DNA of 64,000 bases from Ramlibacter sp. (GCF_036676645.1 NZ_JAKFCM010000018.1:5680-69679), one strand, 5' to 3'; positions 30,485 to 42,065 are shown, counted from the stretch's first letter. The notes: a model not told the origin generated them from the sequence alone. Made by a program: numbers and translations.

Positions 30485-32773
30485 ATGGCCAAGCGAAGGC
30501 GGGCCGCGGCGAGCGCAAAGCCCGTGGGTGGCGGGGCGGCGCACCCAGCCGACTTCCGCGGCCCGGCCGCGGTGACGGCGACGGGCGAGGCCGGCAGCCC
30601 GGGGGTCGTGCTGCTGCTTGCCGCCGCGATGGCGCTGGCGCCCGCGGCGGGCGTACCCAACGAGCTGATGCTGCAGGACACGCTCAAGTCCATCCTGGTG
30701 TCCTTTGCCGCGCTGCTCGCGGCGCTGCTGTTCTTCTGGGGGCGGCGCGGTTCGGCCGATCCGGTGCGCTGGCACCCGGTGGCCTGGCTGCCGCTGCTGT
30801 TGACGGCCTACGCGCTGGGCAGCATGGCCTGGTCGCACACCTACCTGGCGGCGGTGGAGGCGATCCGCTGGTTCGTGTTCGCCCTGCTGCTGTGGCTGGC
30901 CCTGAATGGCTTCACGCGCGAACGCCTGCCCTGGGTGGCCTGGGGCGTGCACGCCGGCGCCGTGGTCGCATCGCTGTGGACGGCGCTGCAGTTCTGGGGG
31001 GATTTCCGCCTGTTCCCGCAAGGGCCGAACCCGGCCTCGACCTTCGTCAACCGCAACTTCTTCGCCGAGTTCGTGGTGTGCACGCTGCCGTTCTCGGCGC
31101 TGCTGCTGGCGCGCGCCCGAAGCACCGGCGCTGCTGTCGTGCTGGCGGCAGGCACTTCGCTGGTGGTCGTCGCCATCCTGATGACCGGCACCCGTGCTGC
31201 CCTGATCGCGCTGTGGCTGCAGCTGCTGCTGGTGCTGCCGGTGGTGGCCTGGCGCCTCGTCGTTCCCCCCGCGCGGGCGATGCCACGGGGCTCCGGGGCG
31301 GCCTGCCTTGGCGAGCGCAGCAAGACCCTGTTCGACCGTGCGCGCTGGCCCGCCAGCCGCCGCGCCATCGTCGCCGCCGTCCTCGTCGGCGCCGTGACCG
31401 GCATGGGCCTGGTGCCGTCCGGCAACCCCAGCATCCTCGAGGAAGGGCGCGGGACCACGGCCCTGGAGCGCGGCTTCACGCGCACCGCGTCGATCCGGCC
31501 CGCCGATCCCTCGCTGCAGATGCGCCAGGTCATGTGGAGGGCCACCTTGCGGGTGATCGAGGCCCGCCCGCTCACCGGCGTGGGCGCCGGCGCGTGGGAG
31601 GCCGAGGTGCCGCTTTACCAGGCGGACAGCCAGCAGCTCGAGACCGACTACTACGTGCACAACGAGGTGCTGCAGTTGCTGGCGGAGTACGGGCTGGCCG
31701 GTGCGCTGTTCCTGGCAGGGCTGCTCGGCTACCTGCTGTCGGCCGCCTGGCAGACCTGGCGGCTCGCGGGCGGCACCGGGGCCGGCGAAGGACCCTGGCG
31801 CGCTGCGGCCCTGTCCAGCCTGCTGGCCCTGCTGCTCGTCAGCAACGTGGGCTTTCCCTGGCGCATGGCGTCCACCGGCGCACTGTTCGCGCTCTGCCTG
31901 GGATTGCTGGCGGCCTCCGATGCGCGGCTGGGCCTTCCGGGCAGATCCGGTGTTCGCCGGCTCGGATGGAATCGCGGCCGCAATGCCGCCGCGCTGGCCG
32001 CCACGATCGCATGCCTGCTGCTGGCCGCCTTCATCACGCAGCAGGCCGCCCAGGTCGAGCGCAAGATCGTGCAGGCCAGCCAGATCGCCCTGCGCATCAG
32101 TGCGTCGGGCCGGCCCAACGATCCGCGCTGGGCGCCGGCCAAGGCCCGCCTGCTGGCGTTGACGCGCGAGGCCATCGCCATCACGCCGCACTACCGCAAG
32201 ATCACCCCCGTCGTCGCCGACGAGCTGGCGTCCTGGGGCGACTGGCGCAATGCGACCTGGATCTGGGAATCGGTGCTGCAGTCGCGCCCGCATGTGGTGG
32301 CGATCCTCACCAACGCCGCGCGCGGGCATGCGGCCATGGGCGAACCCGACCGCGCCTTCGAATACCTCGCCCGCGCCAAGGCGATCGCACCGCAGGCGCC
32401 CTCGGTGCTGTCGCTGGAGGTGATCCTGCTGTCGCGCTTTCGCGATGTGCGCGAGGCCCTGCCCGTCGCCCGCGCAGCGCTGGACAGCGGCCGCCACGAC
32501 GCGGATCTGGTCACCAATGCCTTCCTGATCGGCTGGCGCAGCGGCGACCATGCGCTGGCGGAAAGGGCGATGGCGACCTGGCTGCGGGAGTATCCGCAGA
32601 CCCGGGTGGCCGCCCATGTGCAGCTGGGCCTGTACCGGCTGGACGCCCGGCAGGACGAGGCCGGCGCGCTGCAAGCCTGGGGCCGCGCCTACTCGCTGGC
32701 AGGCCCTGGCCAGAAGCAGGGCGTGCTGCAGCAGGTGCCGCCGCCTTATCGGGCGCGGGTCGCGGCGGAGTGA
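30485..32773 (+). CDS. O-antigen ligase (Wzy_C) domain membrane protein with C-terminal TPR-like region
   Basis: Start at ATG 30485 (MAKRRRAA); the upstream extension from 30164 overlaps the previous gene and is rejected. It has many TM helices, the TGTRAALIAL/GVGAGAW Wzy_C-like core, and a helical-repeat C-terminus. Confidence 0.7.
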   Translation: MAKRRRAAASAKPVGGGAAHPADFRGPAAVTATGEAGSPGVVLLLAAAMALAPAAGVPNELMLQDTLKSILVSFAALLAALLFFWGRRGSADPVRWHPVAWLPLLLTAYALGSMAWSHTYLAAVEAIRWFVFALLLWLALNGFTRERLPWVAWGVHAGAVVASLWTALQFWGDFRLFPQGPNPASTFVNRNFFAEFVVCTLPFSALLLARARSTGAAVVLAAGTSLVVVAILMTGTRAALIALWLQLLLVLPVVAWRLVVPPARAMPRGSGAACLGERSKTLFDRARWPASRRAIVAAVLVGAVTGMGLVPSGNPSILEEGRGTTALERGFTRTASIRPADPSLQMRQVMWRATLRVIEARPLTGVGAGAWEAEVPLYQADSQQLETDYYVHNEVLQLLAEYGLAGALFLAGLLGYLLSAAWQTWRLAGGTGAGEGPWRAAALSSLLALLLVSNVGFPWRMASTGALFALCLGLLAASDARLGLPGRSGVRRLGWNRGRNAAALAATIACLLLAAFITQQAAQVERKIVQASQIALRISASGRPNDPRWAPAKARLLALTREAIAITPHYRKITPVVADELASWGDWRNATWIWESVLQSRPHVVAILTNAARGHAAMGEPDRAFEYLARAKAIAPQAPSVLSLEVILLSRFRDVREALPVARAALDSGRHDADLVTNAFLIGWRSGDHALAERAMATWLREYPQTRVAAHVQLGLYRLDARQDEAGALQAWGRAYSLAGPGQKQGVLQQVPPPYRARVAAE

Positions 32774-32780
32774 ATCGCCC

Positions 32781-33698
32781 TCAGATGTCGGCCAGCAACT
32801 CGTAGGGCAACGGCAGCAACTCCAGGGGCGGCCCATCGGCGGCGCCGGCCGTGAGCCCGCCGCCTTCGGCCGCGCTCACCTGCATGGACGCAATGGCATC
32901 CCAGCCACCGCCAGGCGCGGGCGCGGCCTGGGCGACCAGGCCGCAGGGCTGCCCGGCGTCGCTCTCGCGGAAGACCTCCTGGCCCGCCTGGAGCGGTGCG
33001 GCCGAGTGCACGATGTAGCCACGCCGCTTGAGCGTGCCGCGGAACTGGCTGCGCGCCACCACCTCCTGGCCCGGGTAGCAGCCCTTCTTGAAGTTCACGC
33101 CGCCGACCGATTCGTAGTTCAGCATCTGGGGCACGAAGGCCTCGGTGACCGGCGCGGTGATCGTGGCGACGCCGCTGCGCACCTCGCCCCACAGCCAGGC
33201 AGCGGGTGGCAGGTCGGCGGCTTCCGGCAGCGGCTCGCCGGCCGGGGCCACCCAGAGCGCCCGCGGCTGGCCATCGGCCGGGTACAGCGCCACCCCCTGC
33301 GCGGCTCCCGCCACCCGCTTGCTCCAGGGCTCCGCTGCACCCTGCAGTGCCACCCGGGCGGCGGCGCCCGCCAGGCCTTGCAAGGCGAAGTCCTGCGTCG
33401 CATCGGCGAGCTGGACCTTGCTGCGCAGCACGAACATGGACAGCCGCCTGAGCGTGGGCGCCAGCAGGTCGAGCGACAGCACCAGCAGGATGTCCTGTGG
33501 CGACAGGGCCATGCCCACCATGCTGGCCAGCATGCGTCCCTTGGGCGTGCAGAACGCCGCCAGCCGGGCCCGGTCGGGCGGCAGCAGCACGAAGTCCTGG
33601 GTCAGCTGGTTGTGCAGGAACCGCGCGGCATCCTCGCCCCGGGCGCGGATCACGCCCAGGTGCGCAAGAGGACAGCGGCCTTCGAGGGCAGGGGACAT
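32781..33698 (-). CDS. ygfZ: Folate-binding protein YgfZ (aminomethyltransferase-like)
   Basis: 305 aa with the characteristic KGCYPGQE motif and N-terminal FLHNQLTQD. Confidence 0.85.
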   Translation of the reverse strand: MSPALEGRCPLAHLGVIRARGEDAARFLHNQLTQDFVLLPPDRARLAAFCTPKGRMLASMVGMALSPQDILLVLSLDLLAPTLRRLSMFVLRSKVQLADATQDFALQGLAGAAARVALQGAAEPWSKRVAGAAQGVALYPADGQPRALWVAPAGEPLPEAADLPPAAWLWGEVRSGVATITAPVTEAFVPQMLNYESVGGVNFKKGCYPGQEVVARSQFRGTLKRRGYIVHSAAPLQAGQEVFRESDAGQPCGLVAQAAPAPGGGWDAIASMQVSAAEGGGLTAGAADGPPLELLPLPYELLADI

Positions 33699-33745
33699 CG
33701 CTCCATTATCATGGCCGGTCCAATCCTTCCGGGTGTTCAGGGACA

Positions 33746-34741
33746 GTGGCGCGCTTGCTCAAGACGGTATTCCTGCTCGGCGCGCTGGCCGTGCTGGCGC
33801 TGGCCGCAGCCGGCTGGTGGTGGGTCAACCAGCCGCTTCGGCTGCCCGCGGCGACCGTCGACCTCTCGGTCGAGCCGGGCACGCTGCCGCGATCGGTGGC
33901 GCAGGCCGTGCGCGATGCCGGCGTCGAGGTCGATCCGGACCTGCTCTATGCCTGGTTCCGCGTATCCGGGCAGGGCCGCAAGATCAAGGCCGGCAGCTAC
34001 GAGCTGGAAACCGGCATCACGCCGCGCCGGCTGCTGTCCAAGCTGGCGCGCGGCGAAGAGAGCCTGCGCGCAGTCACGCTGGTCGAGGGCTGGACCTTCC
34101 GCCAGATGCGGTTCGCGCTGGCCCGGGAGGCAGACCTCAGGCACGACACCGACGGCCTGGACGATGCCGCCGTCATGGCGCTACTGGGGCGCGCCGGCCA
34201 GCATCCCGAAGGGCGCTTCTTCCCGGACACCTACGCGTACTCGCGCGGCAGCACCGAGTCGCACCTGCTGCAGCGGGCGATGCGCGCCATGGACAAGCGG
34301 CTGCAGGCCGCCTGGGCGCAGCGGGCGCCGCAGACCGCCGTCAGGACGCCCGAGGAAGCGCTGATCCTGGCCAGCATCGTGGAGAAGGAAACCGGCCGCG
34401 GCGACGACCGGCCGCTGGTCTCGGCCGTCTTCAACAACCGGCTGCGCGTCGGCATGCCGCTGCAGACCGACCCGACCGTGATCTACGGCATGGGCGCCGC
34501 CTTCAAGGGCAACCTGCGCAGGATCGACCTGCAGACCGACACGCCCTGGAACACCTACACCCGCCCGGGGCTGCCGCCCACGCCCATCGCCATGCCCGGC
34601 AAGGCCTCGCTGCTGGCGGCGGTGCAGCCGGCGCCCAGCAAGGCCCTGTACTTCGTGTCGCGCGGGGACGGCAGCAGCCATTTCAGCGACTCGCTCGACG
34701 AGCACAATCGCGCCGTCAACAAGTACCAGAGGGGCCGGTGA
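33746..34741 (+). CDS. mltG: Endolytic murein transglycosylase MltG (YceG family)
   Basis: GTG 33746 starts [11 protein letters not shown] (TM anchor). YceG motifs include LASIVEKET and [10 protein letters not shown]. Conserved position upstream of tmk. Confidence 0.85.
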   Translation: MARLLKTVFLLGALAVLALAAAGWWWVNQPLRLPAATVDLSVEPGTLPRSVAQAVRDAGVEVDPDLLYAWFRVSGQGRKIKAGSYELETGITPRRLLSKLARGEESLRAVTLVEGWTFRQMRFALAREADLRHDTDGLDDAAVMALLGRAGQHPEGRFFPDTYAYSRGSTESHLLQRAMRAMDKRLQAAWAQRAPQTAVRTPEEALILASIVEKETGRGDDRPLVSAVFNNRLRVGMPLQTDPTVIYGMGAAFKGNLRRIDLQTDTPWNTYTRPGLPPTPIAMPGKASLLAAVQPAPSKALYFVSRGDGSSHFSDSLDEHNRAVNKYQRGR

Positions 34742-35382
34742 CGCCAGGCTTGTTCATCAGCTTCGAAGGCATCGACGGTGCCGGCAAGTCCACCCACGTG
34801 CAGGCGCTGGCGCAGGCCTTCCGCGAGGCCGGTCGGGCGGTGGTGCTCACGCGCGAGCCGGGCGGCACCCCGCTGGCCGAGCAATTGCGCGCATTGGCGC
34901 TGAACGCGCCGATGGATCCGCTCACCGAGGCGCTGCTGATGTTCGCGGCGCGGCGCGACCACCTGCAGCAGGTGATCGAGCCGGCACTGGCGCGCGGCGA
35001 CGTGGTGCTGTGCGACCGGTTCACCGACGCCACCTTTGCCTACCAGGGCGCGGGTCGGGGCTTCGACCTGGCGGTGCTCGGCCAGCTCGAACGCTGGGTG
35101 CAATCGGTCGACGCACTGCCCGCCGGTCAGCTGCGGCAGCCGCAGCTGACGCTCTGGTTCGAGATCGATCCGGACCTTGCGGCGCAACGGCTGGCCGGCG
35201 CCCGCGCCCCCGACCGCTTCGAGTCGCAGCCAGCCGGGTTCTTCCGCCGGGTGGCCCAGGGCTATGGCGACCGGGCCCGGGCCGAACCCCGGCGCTTCGC
35301 CCGGATCGACGGCAGCCAGCCGCGCGAAGCCGTGTGGCAGCAGGTACTGGCGGCCGTGCGGCGAAAGGGGTGGCTGGCGTGA
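34738..35382 (+). CDS. tmk: Thymidylate kinase
   Basis: GTG 34738 overlaps the mltG stop. P-loop is [11 protein letters not shown], followed by a DRF motif. Confidence 0.9.
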   Translation: MTPGLFISFEGIDGAGKSTHVQALAQAFREAGRAVVLTREPGGTPLAEQLRALALNAPMDPLTEALLMFAARRDHLQQVIEPALARGDVVLCDRFTDATFAYQGAGRGFDLAVLGQLERWVQSVDALPAGQLRQPQLTLWFEIDPDLAAQRLAGARAPDRFESQPAGFFRRVAQGYGDRARAEPRRFARIDGSQPREAVWQQVLAAVRRKGWLA

Positions 35383-36374
35383 GCGGGCTGCCGCCCTGGA
35401 TCGCGCGGCAGGCCCGGGCGCTGCTGGCCCAGCGCGGCCACGCCTGGCTGCTGCAAGGCCCTTCCGGGCTCGGGCACTACACGCTGGCACTGGCGCTGGC
35501 CCGCGCCTGGCTGTGCGAGCGGCCGTCGGCGCAGGGCGCCTGCGGCGAGTGCGGCAGCTGCCATGCCGTCGAGGTGCGCACGCACGCCGACCTCTGCGTG
35601 CTGATGCCCGAGACGGTCATGCTGGAGCTGGGCTGGCCGCTGTCCGAGGCGGCGCAGAAGGAGATCGACGACAAGAAGCGCAAGCCCAGCCGCGAGATCC
35701 GCGTCGACGCGATGCGCGATGCCGTGGAGTTTTCCCAACGCACCAGTGCGCGCGGCCGCGGCAAGGCGGTGCTGGTCTACCCGGCCGAGCGCATGAACAA
35801 CGTCACCGCCAACGCGCTGCTCAAGACGCTGGAGGAGCCGCCCGGCGACGTGCGCTTCGTGCTGGCCAGCGAGGCGGCCCACCAGTTGCTGCCGACCATC
35901 CGCAGCCGCTGCCTGGGCCACACGCTGCACTGGCCCGAGGCCGCGGAGAGCCTGGCCTGGCTGGCGCAGCAGGGTGTCGACGGGGCGCAAGGGCCCGGGC
36001 TGCTGCGGGCGGCCGGCGGCCGGCCGGAGGAGGCACGGGCGCTGGCCGGCGCGGGTCGGGGCGCGCACGACTGGGCGCAATTGCCCAAGGCGCTGGTCAG
36101 TGGCGACGTGGCCGCGCTGGCCGATTGCACGCCCGCCCAGGCCATCGACGTGCTGCAGAAGATCTGCCACGACCTGCTGGCGCTGCGCGCCCAGGGTTCG
36201 CCCCGGTTCTTCGACGCCGCCGACCTGCCGCGCCCGGCCTCGTACGAATCGCTCACGGCGTGGTGGCGCGAACTCGTACAGGCCAGGAAGACGGCGGAAC
36301 ACCCGTTCAACGCCGGCCTGATGCTGGAGGCGCTTGTGAGCCGCGCCCGGGCGGCCCTACACTCGCAGCCTTGA
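35379..36374 (+). CDS. holB: DNA polymerase III subunit delta-prime
   Basis: GTG 35379 overlaps the tmk stop. Features are [11 protein letters not shown], a zinc module [20 protein letters not shown] and SRC. Confidence 0.85.
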   Translation: MSGLPPWIARQARALLAQRGHAWLLQGPSGLGHYTLALALARAWLCERPSAQGACGECGSCHAVEVRTHADLCVLMPETVMLELGWPLSEAAQKEIDDKKRKPSREIRVDAMRDAVEFSQRTSARGRGKAVLVYPAERMNNVTANALLKTLEEPPGDVRFVLASEAAHQLLPTIRSRCLGHTLHWPEAAESLAWLAQQGVDGAQGPGLLRAAGGRPEEARALAGAGRGAHDWAQLPKALVSGDVAALADCTPAQAIDVLQKICHDLLALRAQGSPRFFDAADLPRPASYESLTAWWRELVQARKTAEHPFNAGLMLEALVSRARAALHSQP

Positions 36375-36384
36375 AGCCCCTGCC

Positions 36385-36741
36385 ATGAGCGCCGCCAGCA
36401 GCCCCCGCCCCAGCGTCATCCAGCTCGCCATCAAGGAGAAGGCCGCGCTGTATGCGGCCTACATCCCGCTGTTCGCCGACGGCGGCGTGTTCATCCCGAC
36501 CACGCGCGACTACAGGCTGGGCGACGATGTCTACGTGCTGCTGTCGCTGCCCGAGGACCCGCAGCGCTACCCGGTGGCCGGCAAGGTGGCGTGGGTGACC
36601 CCGCCGCGCGCGGCCGCCAACCGCACCCAGGGCGTGGGCGTGCGCTTCCCGGCCGACGAGAAATCCCGGCTGCTCAAGGTCAAGATCGAAGAGATCCTGG
36701 GCGGCCATCTCGCGTCCGAGCGGCCGACCCAGACCATCTGA
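36385..36741 (+). CDS. pilZ: PilZ domain protein (type IV pilus PilZ-like)
   Basis: 118 aa. Its position between holB and tatD is typical for pilZ in beta/gamma-proteobacteria, and it shows the PilZ-like pattern LSLPEDP..GKVAWVTP. Confidence 0.7.
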   Translation: MSAASSPRPSVIQLAIKEKAALYAAYIPLFADGGVFIPTTRDYRLGDDVYVLLSLPEDPQRYPVAGKVAWVTPPRAAANRTQGVGVRFPADEKSRLLKVKIEEILGGHLASERPTQTI

Positions 36742-36783
36742 CCGCCCGCGGGGCAGGGCGCCGCGCTGGTGCATCATCGGCGG

Positions 36784-37590
36784 ATGTTCGTCGATTCGCA
36801 TTGCCACCTGAGTTTCCCTGAACTGTCCAGCCGGCTGGACGAGATCCGCACCGCCATGGCGCAGGCCGGCGTCGACCGGGCGCTGTGCATCTGCACGACG
36901 CTGGAGGAATTCGGGGCCGTCCACGCACTGGCCACGGCCCATGACAACTTCTGGGCGTCGGTGGGCGTGCACCCGGACAACGAAGGCGTCACCGAGCCTT
37001 CGCAGGATGACCTGCTGCGGCGCGCCGCCCTGCCCAAGGTGGTCGCGATCGGGGAAACCGGGCTGGACTATTACCAGATGGACGAGCGCAAGGGGGGCCG
37101 CAGCGTGGCCGACCTGGGGTGGCAGCGCGAGCGCTTCCGCACCCACATCCGCGCCGCGCGCCGGTGCGGCAAGCCGCTGATCATCCACACCCGGTCAGCC
37201 TCGGCCGACACCCTCGCCATCCTGAAGGAAGAGGGCGAGGACGGCTCCGCGGGCAGCGCCGGCGGCGTCTTCCACTGCTTCACCGAGACCGCCGCAGTGG
37301 CCCGGGCGGCGCTCGACCTGGGCTTCTACATCTCGTTTTCCGGCATCCTGACCTTCCGCAACGCGGCCGACCTGCGCGAGGTGGCGTCATTCGTGCCGGA
37401 AAACCGGCTGCTGATCGAGACCGACAGTCCCTACCTGGCCCCGGTGCCGTTCCGCGGCAAGACCAACGACCCCTCGCTGGTCGTGCACGTCGCACGGCAG
37501 GTCGCGGAGGTGCGCGGCCTGGCCGTGGAGGCCGTCGGGGAGCTGACCAGCCGCAACTTCGAGCAGCTCTTCAAAGGGGTTGCAGCATGA
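36784..37590 (+). CDS. TatD-family metal-dependent hydrolase
   Basis: MFVDSHCHL start at ATG 36784 (GTG 36769 is an alternative). Motifs are GETGLDY, IHTR and ETDSPYL. Confidence 0.85.
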   Translation: MFVDSHCHLSFPELSSRLDEIRTAMAQAGVDRALCICTTLEEFGAVHALATAHDNFWASVGVHPDNEGVTEPSQDDLLRRAALPKVVAIGETGLDYYQMDERKGGRSVADLGWQRERFRTHIRAARRCGKPLIIHTRSASADTLAILKEEGEDGSAGSAGGVFHCFTETAAVARAALDLGFYISFSGILTFRNAADLREVASFVPENRLLIETDSPYLAPVPFRGKTNDPSLVVHVARQVAEVRGLAVEAVGELTSRNFEQLFKGVAA

Positions 37591-38246
37591 GAAATTACTT
37601 CAAGTTCATTGCCTATCTATCTGTATTGGTTAGTGTTTCTATCGCTCACGCCGGATCCTACGAGGACTATTTCGCGGCCGTGAAGAAAGACGATCCGGCG
37701 GCCATCACCGAGCTGCTGCAGCGTGGATTCGACCCCAACACGCCCAGCCCCGACGGCCAGCATGCGCTGTACCTGTCCCTGCGCGACGGCGCCACGAAGG
37801 TGGCGCAGGCGCTGGTCGCCTGGCCGGCCACCCAGGTCGACGGCCGCAACAGCCACGACGAGACTCCGCTGATGATGGCGGCGCTCAAGGGGCATGCAGA
37901 GATCGCCCGGCGGCTGGTCGCGCGCGACGCCGACGTCAACAAGCCCGGCTGGGCGCCGCTGCATTACGCCGCCACCGGCGGGCACCTGGCGATCATGGCG
38001 CTGCTCCTGGAGCACCACGCCTTCATCGACGCCGAGTCGCCCAACGGTACGACGCCGTTGATGATGGCCGCGCACTACGGCACGCCGGACGCCGTGAAGC
38101 TGCTGCTGGACGCGGGCGCCGACACGGCCATGAAGAACCAGCTCGGCCTGACCGCCATCGACTTCGCGAAGCGCGCCAACCGGCCGGACGCCGCCGAGCT
38201 GATCGCCCAGCACATCCGAAGCCAGCAGCCGCGCGGCAAGTGGTGA
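37587..38246 (+). CDS. Secreted ankyrin-repeat protein
   Basis: ATG 37587 overlaps the tatD stop (ATGA). It has a signal peptide ending SIAHA and ankyrin motifs (TPLMMAALKGH, APLHYAATGGH, TPLMMAAHYG). Confidence 0.8.
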   Translation: MRNYFKFIAYLSVLVSVSIAHAGSYEDYFAAVKKDDPAAITELLQRGFDPNTPSPDGQHALYLSLRDGATKVAQALVAWPATQVDGRNSHDETPLMMAALKGHAEIARRLVARDADVNKPGWAPLHYAATGGHLAIMALLLEHHAFIDAESPNGTTPLMMAAHYGTPDAVKLLLDAGADTAMKNQLGLTAIDFAKRANRPDAAELIAQHIRSQQPRGKW

Positions 38247-38370
38247 GATTGTCGAGCTCGGCTGGAGTGCGGCCGACCCTGGGCGGACCGGCGGGGCGGG
38301 ATCCGGGCCGGCGTGGGCGAACGGCCCATCCTTAGCAAGGCCTGAATAGCGGAGGGGCTTTACCCCCTTT

Positions 38371-38396
38371 CAAGATAGCAATCAATTACTATCTTG
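38371..38396. promoter_or_regulatory. Inverted repeat CAAGATAG-N10-CTATCTTG, candidate TetR operator
   Basis: Perfect 8-bp arms read directly. The repeat ends 4 nt before the tetR ATG (38400) in an AT-richer patch. Confidence 0.5.
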
Positions 38397-38399
38397 CCC

Positions 38400-39002
38400 A
38401 TGCACCTGAACAGCCTGCCCGCGGAAGAACGCCGAGCCGTCACGGTCGAGGCCGTGGTGGAACTGGCCGGTGAACAGAACCCCAGCGACATCACCACGGC
38501 CGCCATCGCCCGGCACATGCACCTGACGCAGGGTGCCCTGTTCCGGCACTTCCCGAGCAAGGACGCCATCTGGGAGGCCGTCATGGACTGGGTGGCGCAG
38601 CGGCTGCTCGACCGCGTCGACAAGGCGGCCGCCGGCGCGCCTGGGCCCCTTGCCGCGCTGGAGGCGATGTTCATGAGCCACATCGACTTCGTCGCCGAGC
38701 ACCCCGGCGTGCCGCGCATGATCTTCGGCGAGCTCCAGCGCCCGGCCACGTCGCCCGCCAAGCGGATGGTGTGCGCGCTCATCGAGCGTTATGGGGAGCG
38801 CCTGCAAGCCTTGCTGGAGCGGGGCAAGGCCAGCGGGGAACTGGCGCCCGGACTGGATTGCGGGGCCGCGGCCACGCTGTTCATCGGGACCATCCAGGGC
38901 CTGGTGATGCAGTCGCTGCTGGCCGGCGACGTCGAGCGCATCCGCAGCGATGCGCCGGGGGCCTTCGCCATCTACCGCCGCGGCATTTCGGGGGCGGCAT
39001 GA
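38400..39002 (+). CDS. TetR/AcrR-family transcriptional regulator
   Basis: N-terminal HTH is ITTAAIARHMHLTQGALFRHFPSKD. ATG 38400 is preferred, with TTG 38394 as an alternative. It is the first gene of the efflux operon. Confidence 0.85.
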   Translation: MHLNSLPAEERRAVTVEAVVELAGEQNPSDITTAAIARHMHLTQGALFRHFPSKDAIWEAVMDWVAQRLLDRVDKAAAGAPGPLAALEAMFMSHIDFVAEHPGVPRMIFGELQRPATSPAKRMVCALIERYGERLQALLERGKASGELAPGLDCGAAATLFIGTIQGLVMQSLLAGDVERIRSDAPGAFAIYRRGISGAA

Positions 39003-40150
39003 AGATCCCGCACCTGCAGCGGCCCACCAAGGCGCTCCTGGCGGGGGTGGTCCCGCTGGCCGCCCTGTTCCTGTACGTCGCGGTGCGTTCCGGCCCGCTG
39101 GCGCCGGTGGCGGTCAGCGTCGTGCGCGTCGAGTCGCAGGCGGTCGCCCCGGCGGTGTTCGGCACAGGGACGGTGGAGGCCCGCTACGTCTACAAGATCG
39201 GCCCGGTGGCGGCGGGGCGCCTGCAGCGCCTGGACGCCCAGGTGGGCGACCGCGTCCGCCCCGGACAGGTGCTGGGCGAGATGGACCCGGTGGACCTCGA
39301 GGAGCGGCTGCGCTCGCAGGCCGCCCTGCTGGATCGCGCGCAAGCGGTTCTGAGGGAAGCCGAAGCGCGGCAGTCCCATGCTGCCAGCCAGGCGGTGCGC
39401 TACGAGCAGCTGTTCGCCGTGCGCACCGTCAGCGAGGAAGCCCTGCACGCGAAGCAGCAGGAATTGCGCATCGCCGAGGCCGCGCTGGCCGCGGCGAAGG
39501 CCGACCTGGCGCGCAGCCGCGCCGATGGCCAGGCGCTGGCGGCGCTGCGCGCCAACCTGCGCCTGCTTGCACCCGTCGAGGGGGTGGTGACGGCGCGCCA
39601 TGCGGACCCGGGCACGACCATCGTCGCCGGCCAGCCGGTGGTCGAGGTGATCGACCCGCGCACGCTCTGGGTCAACGTGCGGCTCGACCAGCTCAGCGCG
39701 TCCGGGCTGCGGGAGGGCCTGCCCGCCCGTGTCGAGCTGCGCTCGCGCGTCGGCCAGGCCGTGCACGGCCGCGTGCTGCGGCTGGAGCCCAAGGCCGACG
39801 CCGTGACGGAGGAAGCGCTGGCCAAGGTGGTCTTCGACGCATTGCCACAGCCCCTGCCGCCCATGGGCGAGCTGGCGGAGGTCACCGTGCTCCTGCCACC
39901 GGCTCCCCCCGCGCCGGTGGTGCCGAACTCGGCCCTGCGGCGCGAAGGCGGCCGCACGGGTGTGTGGCGGGTGGTCGACGGGGAACTCCGCTTCACGCCG
40001 GTCACGCTGGGGGCATCCGACCTGGACGGGCACGTCCAGGTGCGCTCGGGGCTGCAGGCCGGCGACCGGGTGGTCACGCACAGCGCGAGCGCGTTGACCG
40101 CCCGCTCCCGCATCCACGTCGTCGACCGGATCGCCCAGGCGCGGCCATGA
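38999..40150 (+). CDS. Efflux periplasmic adaptor (HlyD/MFP family)
   Basis: ATG 38999 overlaps the tetR stop. It has an N-terminal TM anchor, coiled-coil hairpin region and beta-barrel pattern. Confidence 0.8.
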   Translation: MKIPHLQRPTKALLAGVVPLAALFLYVAVRSGPLAPVAVSVVRVESQAVAPAVFGTGTVEARYVYKIGPVAAGRLQRLDAQVGDRVRPGQVLGEMDPVDLEERLRSQAALLDRAQAVLREAEARQSHAASQAVRYEQLFAVRTVSEEALHAKQQELRIAEAALAAAKADLARSRADGQALAALRANLRLLAPVEGVVTARHADPGTTIVAGQPVVEVIDPRTLWVNVRLDQLSASGLREGLPARVELRSRVGQAVHGRVLRLEPKADAVTEEALAKVVFDALPQPLPPMGELAEVTVLLPPAPPAPVVPNSALRREGGRTGVWRVVDGELRFTPVTLGASDLDGHVQVRSGLQAGDRVVTHSASALTARSRIHVVDRIAQARP

Positions 40151-41352
40151 TCAGCCTGGCCGGGCGGGACATCCTGCATGCCTGGGGGAAGTTCGTCTTC
40201 ACCGGGGTGGGACTGGGGCTGCTGATCGGCGTGACGCTCACCATGGCCGGCCTGTACCGGGGCATGGTGGACGACGGCAAGGCGCTGCTCGACAACAGCG
40301 GCGCCGATCTCTGGGTGGTGCAAAGGGACACCCTGGGGCCCTACGCCGAGTCCTCCAGCCTGCCCGACGACAGCTACCGCGCCCTGCTGGCCATGCCCGG
40401 CATCGAACAGGCGGCCAACGTGACCTACCTGACCATGCAGGTGCGCAAGGGCGAGGCCGACGTGCGCGCGATGGTGGTCGGGATGGCGCCGGCGACCGCC
40501 GCAGGCGCGCCAGGCTGGCCGCGCTACCTGGTGGAGGGGCGCCACATCACGCGCGGCCACTACGAGGCGGTTGCCGACATCGCCACCGGGTTCGGCATCG
40601 GGGACCGGATCACGATCCGGCGCAACCGGTACACGGTGGTGGGCCTGACCCGCCGCATGGTCTCGTCCAGCGGCGACCCGATGGTGTTCGTCCCGCTGAA
40701 GGACGCGCAGGAGGCGCAGTTCCTGAAGGACAACGATGCGATCCGGAAGGACCGGCGCCGCACCGAGGCCAATCCGGACTTCAACCGCCCGTCGGTTCCC
40801 GGCCTGCTCGAGTCGATCATCGATTCGCGCTCGTCCAACGCCTATGTCAACGCGGTCCTGGTCACGCTGGAGCCCGGCCATGACGCCGACCAGGTCGCCG
40901 GCGCCATCCGCCGCTGGAAGCGGCTGACCGTCTACACCCGGGCGCAGATGGAAGCGATCCTGGTCGGCAAGCTGATCGCGACGTCCGCCCGGCAGATCGG
41001 CATGTTCCTGGTCATCCTGGCGCTCGTCAGCGCCGCGATCGTCGCCTTCATCATCTACACGCTGACCATGGACAAGATCCGGGAGATCGCCGTGCTCAAG
41101 CTGATCGGCACCCGCAACCGGACCATCGCCGGGATGATCCTGCAGCAGGCGCTCGCCCTGGGCGTGATCGGCTTCGCCGTGGGCAGGATCACCGCCACCT
41201 TCTCCGCCCCCGTGTTTCCCAAGCACGTGCTGCTCGTGCCGCAGGACTCGGTCGCCGGCTTCCTCGCCGTACTGGCGATCTGCGTGCTGTCCAGCGTGGT
41301 GGCGATCCGCATGGCGCTGAAGGTGGACCCCGCCGAGGCGATCGGGGGCTGA
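40147..41352 (+). CDS. ABC efflux permease (FtsX/MacB-type, permease only)
   Basis: ATG 40147 overlaps the upstream stop. TM1 is followed by a large periplasmic domain and then three C-terminal TM helices (FtsX topology). Confidence 0.8.
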   Translation: MISLAGRDILHAWGKFVFTGVGLGLLIGVTLTMAGLYRGMVDDGKALLDNSGADLWVVQRDTLGPYAESSSLPDDSYRALLAMPGIEQAANVTYLTMQVRKGEADVRAMVVGMAPATAAGAPGWPRYLVEGRHITRGHYEAVADIATGFGIGDRITIRRNRYTVVGLTRRMVSSSGDPMVFVPLKDAQEAQFLKDNDAIRKDRRRTEANPDFNRPSVPGLLESIIDSRSSNAYVNAVLVTLEPGHDADQVAGAIRRWKRLTVYTRAQMEAILVGKLIATSARQIGMFLVILALVSAAIVAFIIYTLTMDKIREIAVLKLIGTRNRTIAGMILQQALALGVIGFAVGRITATFSAPVFPKHVLLVPQDSVAGFLAVLAICVLSSVVAIRMALKVDPAEAIGG

Positions 41353-41354
41353 GC

Positions 41355-42061
<707 letters not shown>

Positions 42062-42065
<4 letters not shown>

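Noticed and set aside
38387-38402. Leaderless translation of the TetR gene (TACTAT or TATCTT as the -10 just upstream of ATG 38400).
   Set aside because: No matching -35 at proper spacing for TACTAT, and TATCTT would place the TSS at or beyond the ATG. This cannot be resolved without TSS data, so it is mentioned only as a possibility.
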